Program-made: the position numbers and the translations under genes
DNA from: an uncultured Planctomycetales bacterium
GTDB taxonomy: Bacteria; Planctomycetota; Phycisphaerae; UBA1845; Fen-1342
DNA length: 64,000 nt
Assembly: GCA_964388675.1 (NCBI GenBank)
Contig: CAYMBL010000019.1
Span: forward strand, 2,539 to 66,538
Reading direction: 5' to 3'
Shown: in pieces, positions 49,187 through 59,308 of the stretch
How positions within the stretch are numbered: position 1 is the first letter of the stretch
How the letters are laid out: every line of letters starts with the position of its first letter
Notes under the pieces: model-generated
Told to the model about the DNA's origin: nothing
The model's database searches: none
What the model saw: only the letters and a program-made list of their open reading frames with translations

Positions 49187-50338
49187 CTACGGCTTGAATT
49201 CGACGCTGAGCGCCGTGACATCGTCGAGGTCGCGTTCCATGCGGCGCAGCATGTCATGCCGATCGGAGAGCATTTCGAGCGCCGCCGGCGCCCCGGACTG
49301 TGCGAGCGTCTGCAACCACGGACGAGGAGCGCTTTCGGTGAGATGGGAGAGCTCGCCGGCAGCCGGAAATACCGCCGAGACGCCGTCGGAATGGAGCAGG
49401 AGTGCGTCGCCGGGGCGCAGCGTCACGTCGGTAACGTGGAATTCCACCTCGCGGACGACGCCGGCCAGACACCCGCCGGCGCGCAGCTCCTCGATCTGAC
49501 CGTTCGCGCGGCGCAGGATCGGATAAGGCGCGCCCGCGCGCGCCAGCCGCAATTGCCCGCTGCGTGTGTTCAGCACGGCGTAAATGACCGCGATGAAGTG
49601 ACAGTCGGGCAGCGCTGCATCGAGCAGGTTCTGATTGAGTCGCTGCAGGACCTGATCCGGCGCGAACGCCGCGCGACGGCCGACGGCCTCGACGCTGCCG
49701 AGGGTCTGGCGCACGAATGCGCCGAGCATCGCCGCCGCGACGCCGTGGCCTTCGGCGTCGGCGAGGGTAATGCCGACATGTTCGCCATCGAGGACGCGCA
49801 CGTCATAAAGGTCGCCGGAAACGAGATCCATCGGACGAAACACCGCGGCGAACGAGCACGAGCCGAAGCGCGGCAGCACGGCCGGCAGCATTTCGCGCTG
49901 CAGGCGCGCCGCCTGCTCCATTTGTTCGCGGTAGCGCCGTACCAGCCGCTGGGCGGCGTCGCCGGGGCGCTCGCGGGGAGCGTCGACCGGAATCGCGGCC
50001 CCGCGCGCCACCAGACGGGTCAATTGCTCGGTCAGGGCATGCTCATCCGCGAGGTCGGCGGGATTGGCGGCGTCGGCGGTCCAGGTCGGGGCGTCGCGAA
50101 GGACGAGCATGGCCTCGCCGCGACCGGCGCAGCGATGCAGCAGCGCGCTGACCCGGTCGGGCCGGGCGCTGCCGTCGTCCACCAGCACGACCGCGTCAGC
50201 GCGTGCGGCGCGGCCGCCTTCCAGCGTCTGTGCGAGCGACTCGAAAGACGCCGAGGCGTTCATCCGGCGCAGGGCGCCGGTAAGCCCGGTGGGAATTTGC
50301 TCGGAGTTGAGGATCACATGGATGTAGGGAGTAGGCAT
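49187..50338 (-). CDS. PP2C-family Ser/Thr phosphatase (SpoIIE/RsbU-like) with an N-terminal receiver-like domain
   Basis: PP2C motifs SGDLYDV, DAEGHGVAAAMLG, LLLHSDGV. The N-terminal region of about 120 aa has a VLVDDG-type degenerate REC fold. Confidence 0.7.
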   Translation of the reverse strand: MPTPYIHVILNSEQIPTGLTGALRRMNASASFESLAQTLEGGRAARADAVVLVDDGSARPDRVSALLHRCAGRGEAMLVLRDAPTWTADAANPADLADEHALTEQLTRLVARGAAIPVDAPRERPGDAAQRLVRRYREQMEQAARLQREMLPAVLPRFGSCSFAAVFRPMDLVSGDLYDVRVLDGEHVGITLADAEGHGVAAAMLGAFVRQTLGSVEAVGRRAAFAPDQVLQRLNQNLLDAALPDCHFIAVIYAVLNTRSGQLRLARAGAPYPILRRANGQIEELRAGGCLAGVVREVEFHVTDVTLRPGDALLLHSDGVSAVFPAAGELSHLTESAPRPWLQTLAQSGAPAALEMLSDRHDMLRRMERDLDDVTALSVEFKP

Positions 50339-50647
50339 GCGGCGGACCGCTCCTTTGCGAATACTGATAACTGCATCGGCTGGATCGCAGGGGCGGCTTG
50401 CGTAGGACGTTGAGGGCCGCGAGCGGCCGGCCTGCGACGGCGTCCGCTCGACCGCGCAGAAGTTGCGGCGGCTCGGAGAGCTGCGCCAGGGCGCGCGGAG
50501 CGGGTTGCAGCAGGTTTGGCGAGGAGAATCTGTGAAAAAAATTCAACACCTGCGACCCGCGGCCAGTTTTCGCGTCTATGAACACATGAGGAAGCAACCG
50601 CGCAACCCGGCAGGCGAGCGCTCGGGCGCGGGCTTTGGGGGTTTGAA

Positions 50648-50923
50648 ATGAACGCGGAACCAACCGAAGCGTTGCTGGAGCCGGAACCGGGGCTGGAGCT
50701 GCCGGCGGGCATGATCGCCTACCGCAAGCTCATCGCGGACGCCTATTTCGAGAGCGAAAGCACACTCGACGTCCGCTTTCTCTGGCGCCGCGAGCGGGTG
50801 AGCTTCTTCCGCGTCAATTGGCGTGGCTGCGACGACCGGGTCACGCGATCGCGCTTTGTCGCGATCGATGAAAGCCTTGAATCCGCCGTCGTGCACGATC
50901 TGACCGGCCGACACGCCGCGTAG
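50648..50923 (+). CDS. Small hypothetical protein (91 aa)
   Basis: GGGGG lies 6 nt upstream of the ATG. An AT-richer promoter-like region lies upstream. No family recognised. Confidence 0.35.
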   Translation: MNAEPTEALLEPEPGLELPAGMIAYRKLIADAYFESESTLDVRFLWRRERVSFFRVNWRGCDDRVTRSRFVAIDESLESAVVHDLTGRHAA

Positions 50924-51000
50924 ACGCTGCCGACAGGCGTTCCAACGCCGAACATGGGTCCATCGCCCGATAGCGGCCGCGCTCGACGACGAGCCGGCCG

Positions 51001-51723
51001 CTATTTGCGTTCTGGGGCCGAGTCGTGCCAACTGGCGAGGATGGTTACGCCGCCGCGAACGACGTTGCCGACCTGCGCGTGCAGCTTCCAATTCGGGTGC
51101 TCCGGGCCGCGCAGCTCGGTCTGTGAACCGAGTTTGATCATGCCGAAGCGCTGTCCGAGCGCAAGATCGTCGCCGGGCTGAACCGCACAGACGATGCGCC
51201 GCGCCAGCAGCCCGGCGATCTGGCGCACATGCAGCGGCCCGGGCAACGGGAAGCGCGGCCGGATGGTGAGCGTGTTGCGTTCGTTCTGGCGCGTGGCCTC
51301 GTCATAGAGCGCGTTGAGGAATCGCCCGGGTTCGTACCGGAGGTGCTCGATACGGCCGGCGCACGGGCTGCGATTGACATGTACGTCGGCCACGCTCAGA
51401 AAGATCACGATCCGCCAGCAGGGTTCGTCCGAATCGGATTCGCGCCACGCGCGCTCGACGCGCAGGATGCGCCCGTCCGCCGGCGCGACGAGGATGTTGT
51501 CTCCGACCGGGCACGATCGCGGCGGATCGCGATAGAACGCCAGCAGCGCCGCGGCCAGCAACAGCACCAGCCCGCCGACAACCGGGGCCCCTGCCGCGAA
51601 ACACAGCCCGGCGACGATCGCGCCGCCGGCGAGAATCGACGCCGCTTCAATAAGTGCATAGCGGGCAAACAAGTCGGCACCTCGACGCTGGAACGCGCGG
51701 CGCATTGTGAGCCGTCGCGGCAT
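51001..51723 (-). CDS. psd: Phosphatidylserine decarboxylase family proenzyme (short form)
   Basis: Motif FLSVADVHVNRSPCAGRI matches the FLSxxDYHRxHxP region. GMIKLGSQTE is the LGST-like self-cleavage site region. N-terminal TM anchor. Confidence 0.7.
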   Translation of the reverse strand: MPRRLTMRRAFQRRGADLFARYALIEAASILAGGAIVAGLCFAAGAPVVGGLVLLLAAALLAFYRDPPRSCPVGDNILVAPADGRILRVERAWRESDSDEPCWRIVIFLSVADVHVNRSPCAGRIEHLRYEPGRFLNALYDEATRQNERNTLTIRPRFPLPGPLHVRQIAGLLARRIVCAVQPGDDLALGQRFGMIKLGSQTELRGPEHPNWKLHAQVGNVVRGGVTILASWHDSAPERK

Positions 51724-51776
51724 TGCCGCAAGTGTGCCGCTCGAATGCGATCGCGGAGACGGGATAAGATTCCGTC

Positions 51777-54700
51777 ATGGGTGGCGCGGCACGCGCGGTG
51801 CGCAGCACGGATCGACGCGGGAGGTCGGCGGTCTCGGCAAACCTGCCGGACGCGTCGTCGGCTGCGCCGAACACGGCCCCGCCGGCGTGGCTGGTCATCC
51901 GCGGCGCACGACAGAACAACCTGCGCGGGGTCGATGCGGCACTGCCTCTCGGCCGGTTCATCTGCGTGACCGGGGTCTCGGGCTCGGGCAAGAGCTCGCT
52001 GATCAACGACATCCTTCACAACTCGCTGTCGCGCGAGCTGCACGGCGCAGCGACGCCTCCGGGCGCGTTCGATCGAATTGAGCTGGTGGACGCAGCCGGA
52101 CGAGTGCGACCGCTTCGGGCCGGGTCGACGCGCACCCCGACGGCAAGCGGGTCGAGCGACTCGCAGACGGAACTGGTCGACAAGGTAATCGCAATTGACC
52201 AGACGCCGATCGGTCGCACGCCGCGCAGCAACCCGGCGACATACATCAAGGTCTTCGACGAGATTCGCGACCTGTACACGAAGCTGCCGGATGCGAAGCT
52301 GCGCGGCTACAAGGCCGGCCGATTCAGCTTCAACGTGCCATCGGGCGCCAAGGGCGGCGGGCGCTGCGAGGCCTGCGAAGGCAACGGCAGCAACCGCGTC
52401 GAGATGGATTTTCTCGCCGACGTCTGGGTGACCTGTCCGGTGTGCGAGGGCCAACGATTCAATCGAGAAACGCGGCAGATTCACTTCAAGGGCAAGAGCA
52501 TCGCCGCGGTGCTCGAGCTCGACGTGCAGCAGGCGCTCGAGCACTTCGAGAGCCAGCCGCGTATTCGCGGGATGCTGCAAACACTGCACGACGTGGGCCT
52601 GGACTACCTGAAACTGGGGCAGCCCAGCCCGACGCTCAGCGGCGGCGAGGCGCAGCGCATCAAGCTCGCGCGCGAGCTGGTGCGAAAGCCGACCGGACGG
52701 ACGGTCTACATCCTCGACGAGCCGACCACCGGGCTGCATTTCGCCGACGTACGGCGGCTGCTGGAAGTGCTGCACGGGTTCGTCGAGTCGGGCAACACGG
52801 TGGTCGTGATCGAGCACAACCTTGACGTGGTAAAGACCGCGGACTGGGTCATCGACCTGGGCCCGGAGGGTGGCGCCGGCGGCGGAGAGATCGTCGCGGT
52901 CGGCACACCGGAAGACGTGGCGCAGACCGACACTCATACCGGGCACGCGCTGCGCGAGGTGCTCGGCGGCGACAAGCCGGCCGGCCGGTCGAACGCCGAG
53001 CCTGCGACGGAGCCGGCGGCGCTCGTGGACCTCGATCACATCTCGGTGCGCGGAGCGCGCCAACACAATCTCAAGGACGTGGCGCTCGATCTGCCGCGCG
53101 ACCAGCTCACGGTCTTCACCGGCGTCTCCGGCAGCGGCAAGACCAGCCTCGCCATCGACACGATTTTCACCGAAGGCTATCGGCGCTACGTCGAATCGCT
53201 GTCGGCCTATGCGCGGCAGTTCCTGGGACAGTTGCAGAAGCCAGACGTGGATCACGTTGCGGGGCTGTCGCCGGCGATCTGCATCGAACAGAAGGCCTCG
53301 AGCAAGAGCCCGCGCTCCACCGTGGGCACGGTCACTGAGATATACGACTACTTGCGGGTGCTCTGGGCGCGGATCGGCACGCGCTACTGCCCGCGCTGCG
53401 ACGAGCCGATCGGCGCCCAGACTCTCGATCAGATCGTGGATCGCATTCTCGATCTCGAGGAATCGACGCCGGTGATCGTGCTGGCGCCGATTGCGCCCGG
53501 CGACGGCGACACCTACGCCGCGATGTTCCAGCGGCTGAAAAACTCGGGCTACACGCGTGTGCGCATCGACGGACAGATCACGGAGACCGCGCACGCCACG
53601 ACGCTCGACGCCCGGCGCAAGCACCGGATCGAGGTGGTGATCGACCGAACCATCGTGCGCCGCAAGGCGCGGGCGCGGCTTTCCGAGAGCGTCGAACACG
53701 CGTTGGCGCTGGCCGGCGGCCGGGTCGTGATCGCGGCCGAAGAGGTCGAGCGGCACGAGCCCGAGGACACGCCGGAGGGCGCGGGACGGACGACGGTGGA
53801 GCCGGCGCGGGAGTGGATCTTCTCGCAGAAACTCGCTTGCCTGCGCTGCGGCAGCAGCTACGAGGAGCTGGCGCCGAATCACTTCAGTTTCAATAACGCG
53901 TTCGGCTGGTGCGAAACGTGCGAGGGATTGGGAGTGCAGCGCGGAGCGGCGGCCGGCGCCATCCTCGCGCGGCCGCAGCAACCGCTGCTGGGCGGGGCGA
54001 TCGCGGGCTGGGGGCGCATCGAACCGGGCAGCGGCGTCGGAAGAATGCTGCTCGCGGTGTGTCGACGGCTGGGCGTGGATCCGTCGACCCCGCTGCTCGA
54101 TTGGACGCCCGCGCAGCGCAACGGCCTGCTTTTCGGCACGGAGGACGCATGGCTGGAGGCGCCGCCGGCGCGCAGCCGCAGCGCGGATCGCGGCGAGCGC
54201 ATTCGCTTTCGCTGGCGCGGCTTCTTTCCGACAATCGACGCCGCGACGCGGCATAGCTGGAGCCTGCGCTACCGGCTTAACAACGTGCTGACCGACATCG
54301 CGTGCATCACGTGCCGCGGCGGGCGGCTGCGAGCCGATGCGGCCGCGACGCGCCTCGACGGGGTTGGCGCAGCGCCGGGGGCGCGCGGGCCGACGCTGGT
54401 CGAGATGTGCCAACTGCCGCTAGCGGACGCGTACGCGTTCTTCGAGTCGCTGAAACTCTCGCCCGAGCAGCGGCAGATTGCCGGAGAAGTGCTGATCGAG
54501 ATTCGCTCGCGGCTGCGCTTCCTGATCGACGTCGGGCTCGACTATCTGACGCTGCACCGCGCCGCGCCGACGCTTTCGGGCGGCGAGGCGCAGCGCATCC
54601 GGCTGGCCAGCCAGATCGGCAGCGGCCTGACCGGCGTGCTGTACGTCCTCGACGAACCCACGATCGGCCTGCATCCACGTGATACGCGCCGCCTGGTCGA

Positions 54701-56687
54701 AGCGCTGCACCGGCTGCGCGACCTGGGCAACACGCTCGTTGTCGTTGAGCACGATCGCGACGTCATTCGCAGCGCCGACCGGCTGGTTGATTTTGGGCCG
54801 CGTGCCGGCGCGTTCGGCGGCGAAGTCGTGGCTCAGGGCGCTCCGCGCGAATTCCTGCGCCGCAAGCCGAGCCGGCAAAGCAGCGGTGATCCGCCTTCGC
54901 TGACGGGCGAATATCTCTCCGGCGTGACGGCTGTGCCGATTCCGGCGAATCGACGCCCGGTCGCCGAACCGACGACGCCGCCCGCGGCCCACGGCTCCGG
55001 GGCGGACGGCAAGTTGAGTGTGCGAGCGGCCCGGCGCGGAATGGCGCGGCGTTTCGAGTCGAAATCGGCTGACGTCGACGGGCCGGTTGCGTCCTGGCTG
55101 ACGATTCGCGGCGCCCGGCAGCACAACCTCAAGAACGTCGACGCAACGATTCCGCTCGGACGGTTCGTCTGCGTCACCGGCGTTTCAGGGTCAGGAAAAA
55201 GCTCGCTGATCAACGACATACTCTGGCCTGCGCTGGCCCGGCGGATGCACGTTTCCAGCGTCGCCGTCGGCGAACACGACGAGATTGTCGGCGCGGAGGC
55301 GCTCAGCGCGGTGATCGACGTGGACCAGTCACCGCTCGGCGCGACGCCGCTGAGCAACCCCGCGACCTACACCGGCGTCTTCGAATGGATTCGCGAGCTG
55401 TTCGCGCGGCTGCCGGAGAGCAAGTTGCGCGGCTACCAGGCGAATCGTTTCAGCTTCAATCGTCCCGGCGGCCGCTGCGACGCCTGCGAGGGCTACGGGC
55501 AGAAAAAGATCGAGATGCACTTCATGCCCGACGTCTGGGTCGAGTGCGAAGCGTGCCGCGGCAAGCGCTACAACCCCGAGACGCTCGAGCCGAAATTCCG
55601 CGGCCGCACAATCGCCGACGTGCTCGAGATGCGCGTGTCCGCGGCGCTCGAGCTGTTCGAAAGCGTGCCGCGCGTCAAACGCATGCTGCAATCGCTGGCC
55701 GATGTGGGGCTTGATTATCTGCAACTGGGGCAAAGCGCCGCAACGCTGTCCGGCGGCGAGGCCCAGCGTGTGAAGCTGGCGGCGGAGCTCGGCAAACCCG
55801 ACACGGGCAGCACGCTCTACATCCTCGACGAACCCACGACCGGCCTGCACTTTGACGACGTCGGCCGGCTGATCGAGATTTTCCACCGGCTCGTGGACCT
55901 CGGAAACACCGTGCTCGTCGTCGAGCACAACCTCGACGTAATCAAGTCCGCCGACTGGATCATCGAACTGGGCCCCGATGGCGGCGAAGCGGGCGGGCGG
56001 CTGGTCTTCCGCGGATCGCCGGAGCAGCTTGTCGAGCGCGGCGATACGCACACCGCGGCGGCGCTGGCGCCGCTTCTGGCGAGCGACCCGCGCGTGCAGC
56101 GGCCGCGCTACGATCGCAAACAGCATGCCGAACGCGAGCTCGAAATCAACCGCGCCGGCCTGGGCCGCGTCGGCCGCGATGTGAAAATGCCCTGGCAGAC
56201 CGACGGCCGACGCTGGCACCTGGAGCAGCGGCCGACGCGCTCCGGCGGACAGGCGCACTGGGAATCGGCGGCGCTCGAGTTCGTCGAAAAGCTCGTGCAG
56301 ACGGAAGGCCGCTCCAACCCGCCCGGCTTCGCCGAAACCAACTGGAACGAGCGCGCGAGCGTCGAGATCGCGGCGGAAGACGCGTCGGTCTGGTTCCTGC
56401 ACGCGCTCACCGGCGGCGAATGGCTGCTCGAACTGTATTTCCGCGTGCCCGGCGGTACGTCCAACGCCGCCGCGCTCGCGCGCCAGCTCACGCTCAAGAC
56501 GCTCGACGAACGCCCGGAAATTCAGGCGTACGGCGACTGGTCGCGCGTGGACGTTCGACCGCGTCAGGACGGATTCGACGCCGTGGTTGTCTACGCGCAC
56601 GACCGTGCCGAGCTCGACACGCCGGGCTTTCGCAAGTTCGTGGCTCAGGCGGTGCGCGCCTACCTCCGCGCCGCGACCGACGCGTAG
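51777..56687 (+). CDS. uvrA: Excinuclease ABC subunit A homolog with an extra N-terminal ABC module and a C-terminal tail of unknown type (1636 aa)
   Basis: Three Walker A sites: GVSGSGKSS near 51972, GVSGSGKTSLAIDT near 53120, and GVSGSGKSSLIND near 55180. Three ABC signatures: LSGGEAQRIKLA, LSGGEAQRIRLA and LSGGEAQRVKLA. UvrA zinc fingers (CPRCDEPIG, CLRCGSS..CETCEG, CDACEGYG..CEACRG) and the insertion/UvrB-binding regions are present. The tail of about 200 aa (56090-56687) is unrecognised. Confidence 0.85.
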   Translation: MGGAARAVRSTDRRGRSAVSANLPDASSAAPNTAPPAWLVIRGARQNNLRGVDAALPLGRFICVTGVSGSGKSSLINDILHNSLSRELHGAATPPGAFDRIELVDAAGRVRPLRAGSTRTPTASGSSDSQTELVDKVIAIDQTPIGRTPRSNPATYIKVFDEIRDLYTKLPDAKLRGYKAGRFSFNVPSGAKGGGRCEACEGNGSNRVEMDFLADVWVTCPVCEGQRFNRETRQIHFKGKSIAAVLELDVQQALEHFESQPRIRGMLQTLHDVGLDYLKLGQPSPTLSGGEAQRIKLARELVRKPTGRTVYILDEPTTGLHFADVRRLLEVLHGFVESGNTVVVIEHNLDVVKTADWVIDLGPEGGAGGGEIVAVGTPEDVAQTDTHTGHALREVLGGDKPAGRSNAEPATEPAALVDLDHISVRGARQHNLKDVALDLPRDQLTVFTGVSGSGKTSLAIDTIFTEGYRRYVESLSAYARQFLGQLQKPDVDHVAGLSPAICIEQKASSKSPRSTVGTVTEIYDYLRVLWARIGTRYCPRCDEPIGAQTLDQIVDRILDLEESTPVIVLAPIAPGDGDTYAAMFQRLKNSGYTRVRIDGQITETAHATTLDARRKHRIEVVIDRTIVRRKARARLSESVEHALALAGGRVVIAAEEVERHEPEDTPEGAGRTTVEPAREWIFSQKLACLRCGSSYEELAPNHFSFNNAFGWCETCEGLGVQRGAAAGAILARPQQPLLGGAIAGWGRIEPGSGVGRMLLAVCRRLGVDPSTPLLDWTPAQRNGLLFGTEDAWLEAPPARSRSADRGERIRFRWRGFFPTIDAATRHSWSLRYRLNNVLTDIACITCRGGRLRADAAATRLDGVGAAPGARGPTLVEMCQLPLADAYAFFESLKLSPEQRQIAGEVLIEIRSRLRFLIDVGLDYLTLHRAAPTLSGGEAQRIRLASQIGSGLTGVLYVLDEPTIGLHPRDTRRLVEALHRLRDLGNTLVVVEHDRDVIRSADRLVDFGPRAGAFGGEVVAQGAPREFLRRKPSRQSSGDPPSLTGEYLSGVTAVPIPANRRPVAEPTTPPAAHGSGADGKLSVRAARRGMARRFESKSADVDGPVASWLTIRGARQHNLKNVDATIPLGRFVCVTGVSGSGKSSLINDILWPALARRMHVSSVAVGEHDEIVGAEALSAVIDVDQSPLGATPLSNPATYTGVFEWIRELFARLPESKLRGYQANRFSFNRPGGRCDACEGYGQKKIEMHFMPDVWVECEACRGKRYNPETLEPKFRGRTIADVLEMRVSAALELFESVPRVKRMLQSLADVGLDYLQLGQSAATLSGGEAQRVKLAAELGKPDTGSTLYILDEPTTGLHFDDVGRLIEIFHRLVDLGNTVLVVEHNLDVIKSADWIIELGPDGGEAGGRLVFRGSPEQLVERGDTHTAAALAPLLASDPRVQRPRYDRKQHAERELEINRAGLGRVGRDVKMPWQTDGRRWHLEQRPTRSGGQAHWESAALEFVEKLVQTEGRSNPPGFAETNWNERASVEIAAEDASVWFLHALTGGEWLLELYFRVPGGTSNAAALARQLTLKTLDERPEIQAYGDWSRVDVRPRQDGFDAVVVYAHDRAELDTPGFRKFVAQAVRAYLRAATDA

Positions 56688-56700
56688 CCCGCCAGCGCGA

Positions 56701-57468
56701 TCAGGCGCCGGCCGAGCGCGGCGCCGGCGGCGGCCCCGGAAACGGCCGCTGCGACAGAAAATACGCAACGGGGTCGGGCATGGGCACCGGGTGCGGCAGC
56801 GCGTAAAGCTCGCCATATTCGTAGCCGCCGCGCCCCCCCTCGACCGCATCCCACGCCCGCACCCGATGCAGCAGCCGCTCGAGCCGGGCCGGCGGAAACT
56901 GCGAGGAATACGCCCCAATCGCTGCCAGCTTCTGCTCGATCACGTCGCTGGTGTCGATCACGAACGTCGAGTGCCAGTGCTGCGGCTCAGCGGCGATGTG
57001 CACGGGGCGGTACCACAGCCAATCGATGCGGTGCGGCGGCGTGCCATCGAAACGATCATCCCACTTCGTGAGCTGCGAATAGAAACGCGCGGCTTCGAGA
57101 ATGAGCTGCGCCTGGTAATGGTCGGGCGAGGCGGCGGGCGTGCGACCGGCCATGCCGACCACGATGCGCGGCCGGTGGCGGCGGAAGATAGTTGCGACCT
57201 TGTACCGCGCGGGCGGCCCGTCCATGAGCTCGCGGTTGGTGAGCGTGAGCGTCTCGACGTGCCGCACGCCGAGAATTTCGGCGGCGGCCCTGGTCTCGGC
57301 GGCGCGCTGCTCGGGGGTTCCGAGGGGCGTGGGCTCGCCGTTGGTCATGTGCACGACGCCGACCCGATGACCGAGCTTGACGAGGCGTGCGATCGCCCCG
57401 CCGCAAGTGATTTCGAGGTCGTCGGGATGGGGCATGACGAAGATGACGTCGAGTTCGGGGTGGTTCAT
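56701..57468 (-). CDS. PIG-L family (LmbE-like) N-acetylglucosaminyl deacetylase
   Basis: AAAGGA lies 9 nt upstream of the ATG. The PIG-L motif is VMPHPDDLEITCGG. Confidence 0.75.
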   Translation of the reverse strand: MNHPELDVIFVMPHPDDLEITCGGAIARLVKLGHRVGVVHMTNGEPTPLGTPEQRAAETRAAAEILGVRHVETLTLTNRELMDGPPARYKVATIFRRHRPRIVVGMAGRTPAASPDHYQAQLILEAARFYSQLTKWDDRFDGTPPHRIDWLWYRPVHIAAEPQHWHSTFVIDTSDVIEQKLAAIGAYSSQFPPARLERLLHRVRAWDAVEGGRGGYEYGELYALPHPVPMPDPVAYFLSQRPFPGPPPAPRSAGA

Positions 57469-57604
57469 GAAGAGGGTCCTTTCGTAGTCGGCTGCAGCCT
57501 GTTCCGGCAAACTCAGGAGAATACTCCCGAGCGCCGCGGATGCGCGACCTCGGTTTCGCCTAGAATTTATCGCCACGTTTCGCGGGCCGGTTGCCGCGCG
57601 AACA

Positions 57605-58828
57605 GTGATAGCGAGTTGCGCTGTGCCTCCACGCCGAAAAACCCGTCAGGTACGCGTCGGCCCGGCCAAGATGGGCGGCGACGCACCCGTCGTGCTGCAG
57701 TCGATGACCGCCGGCTACACGTACGACATCGATAAGTGCTTGGCCGAGATACAGAAGCTCGCCCGAGCCGGTGCGGACATCGTGCGCGTCGCCGTGCCGG
57801 AAAAGATGGACACGGAGGCGCTAAAGACGATCATTCCGGCGTCGCCGGTGCCGATCGTGGCCGATGTGCATTTTCACTTTCAACGCGCGCTCGAGGCGAT
57901 CGAGGCCGGCGTACACAAAATCCGCCTGAATCCCGGCAATTTGCAGGACCGCGCGCAGGTGCTGAAGGTCATCGCGGCCTGCAAGGAACGTGGCATTCCG
58001 ATTCGCGTCGGCGTGAACGAGGGCGGCATCGTCGAACGCAAGGACAAGGAGCAGCGGGCCGAGGAAAAGGCCAAGATGTCGCAGGATTACGCGGGCGGGC
58101 TGATCCGCATCATGATCGAGAAGCTCGAAGAGTATCTGCGAATCTTCGACGAAGCGAATTACCACGACATCGTGATCAGCGCCAAGAGCATCGACCCGCG
58201 CATCGTGATCGACGCCTACACGGCGATCAGCGAAAAATATGACTTCCCGCTGCACCTGGGCGTCACGCACGCCGGCCCGCCGGAAACCGGTCGCATTCGC
58301 AGCATCGCCGCGCTCGGCACGCTGCTGGCCAACGGCATCGGCGACACGATTCGCATCAGCTATGCCGCCGACCCGGTGTACGAGGTCGAGGACGGCAAGG
58401 AGCTGCTCTGCTCGCTCGGCTTGCGCAGCCGCACCGAGCCGGAACTGATCGCGTGCCCGAGTTGCGGGCGGATCGAGGTCGATTTGTTCAAGCTGGTGAC
58501 CGACGTGCGGCGGAAGATCAGCGACGAGATCAAGCTGCCGATCAAGGTGGCGGTGATGGGCTGCGTCGTGAACGGTCCCGGCGAGTGCGAAGGGGCCGAC
58601 GTGGCGATTTTCGCCGGCAAGGGCAAGGGCATCCTCTACGTGCAAGGCGAATTGCGCCAGACCGTGCCCGAGTCGGGCATGCTCGATGCGCTGCTGCACG
58701 AGTGCCGCGAGCTGGCGGCGAAGGTGGAGCGCGGCGAGGCGAAACTACTGGGGGCGCATGTCGATATTGCACCGCCGGACCCGCTGCCAAGGAAGGATGG
58801 GACGATGCCGCTGAGGGTGGTGCGATGA
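57605..58828 (+). CDS. ispG: 4-hydroxy-3-methylbut-2-en-1-yl diphosphate synthase (flavodoxin)
   Basis: N-terminus RRKTRQVRVGPAKMGGDAPVVLQSMT and the [4Fe-4S] cysteines CPSCGR...GCVVNGPGE. GTG start at 57605 (alternative 57623). Confidence 0.9.
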   Translation: MIASCAVPPRRKTRQVRVGPAKMGGDAPVVLQSMTAGYTYDIDKCLAEIQKLARAGADIVRVAVPEKMDTEALKTIIPASPVPIVADVHFHFQRALEAIEAGVHKIRLNPGNLQDRAQVLKVIAACKERGIPIRVGVNEGGIVERKDKEQRAEEKAKMSQDYAGGLIRIMIEKLEEYLRIFDEANYHDIVISAKSIDPRIVIDAYTAISEKYDFPLHLGVTHAGPPETGRIRSIAALGTLLANGIGDTIRISYAADPVYEVEDGKELLCSLGLRSRTEPELIACPSCGRIEVDLFKLVTDVRRKISDEIKLPIKVAVMGCVVNGPGECEGADVAIFAGKGKGILYVQGELRQTVPESGMLDALLHECRELAAKVERGEAKLLGAHVDIAPPDPLPRKDGTMPLRVVR

Positions 58829-58949
58829 TGACGCGCGAACTGAGAGGCTGCGCGGCGCCGCCGACTTCTTCATCCCGCCGCGGATGGCCGTTACCACCCG
58901 CACCCGAATCTGCTCCTGAGCGTCCGGCGAAAGCCTGCGCGTATCGAGG

Positions 58950-59012
58950 TGATTCATGCAGAAAGTATATCACGAATCTACGATATGTCCAATATTATTT
59001 GTCCGGATTAGT
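58950..59012 (+). promoter_or_regulatory. AT-rich segment (island border, promoter-like) at the head of a low-GC islet
   Basis: tcatgcagaaagtatatcacgaatctacgatatgtccaatattatttgtccggattagtatc is about 35% GC in a genome of about 70% GC. It lies immediately upstream of ORF 59030..59305. Confidence 0.3.
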
Positions 59013-59029
59013 ATCAAGAGCGGTACCGG

Positions 59030-59305
59030 GTGACGGACATCCTGGCCCGGCTTGACATCGACGGGCCACCGCACACCAACCCGACAACAACGACCCCGCC
59101 ACTAGCGGCTTTGACGGCGCACAACGGTGCGAGTATTGCCTGCCCCCACTTTCATTTCTATGTGGAAGGCTTCGACGATCGCTGGGCGATCCCCGCCGCG
59201 GAGGCGGGTTTTCTGGAGACTACAGACCTCGTGTGCGCGCTCCGAGAGTTCATGACTCACTGCGGCGTGCCGGACATGCCGACAATCCAATATCCGATGT
59301 TCTAA
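59030..59305 (+). CDS. Hypothetical protein (91 aa), first gene of the low-GC islet
   Basis: GTG start. Protein-like composition. Stop is 3 nt before the next ORF. No family recognised. Confidence 0.35.
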   Translation: MTDILARLDIDGPPHTNPTTTTPPLAALTAHNGASIACPHFHFYVEGFDDRWAIPAAEAGFLETTDLVCALREFMTHCGVPDMPTIQYPMF

Positions 59306-59308
59306 AAC

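Noticed and set aside
58956-59033. A 25-aa ORF (MQKVYHESTICPILFVRISIKSGTG) in the AT-rich segment
   Set aside because: Its codon usage (TAT, ATA, TTA, TTT, ATT) is alien to the genome. A GGTGA sits only 3 nt from the ATG, too close to serve as an SD. It is more likely non-coding promoter or island-border DNA. It is still noted inside the islet finding.
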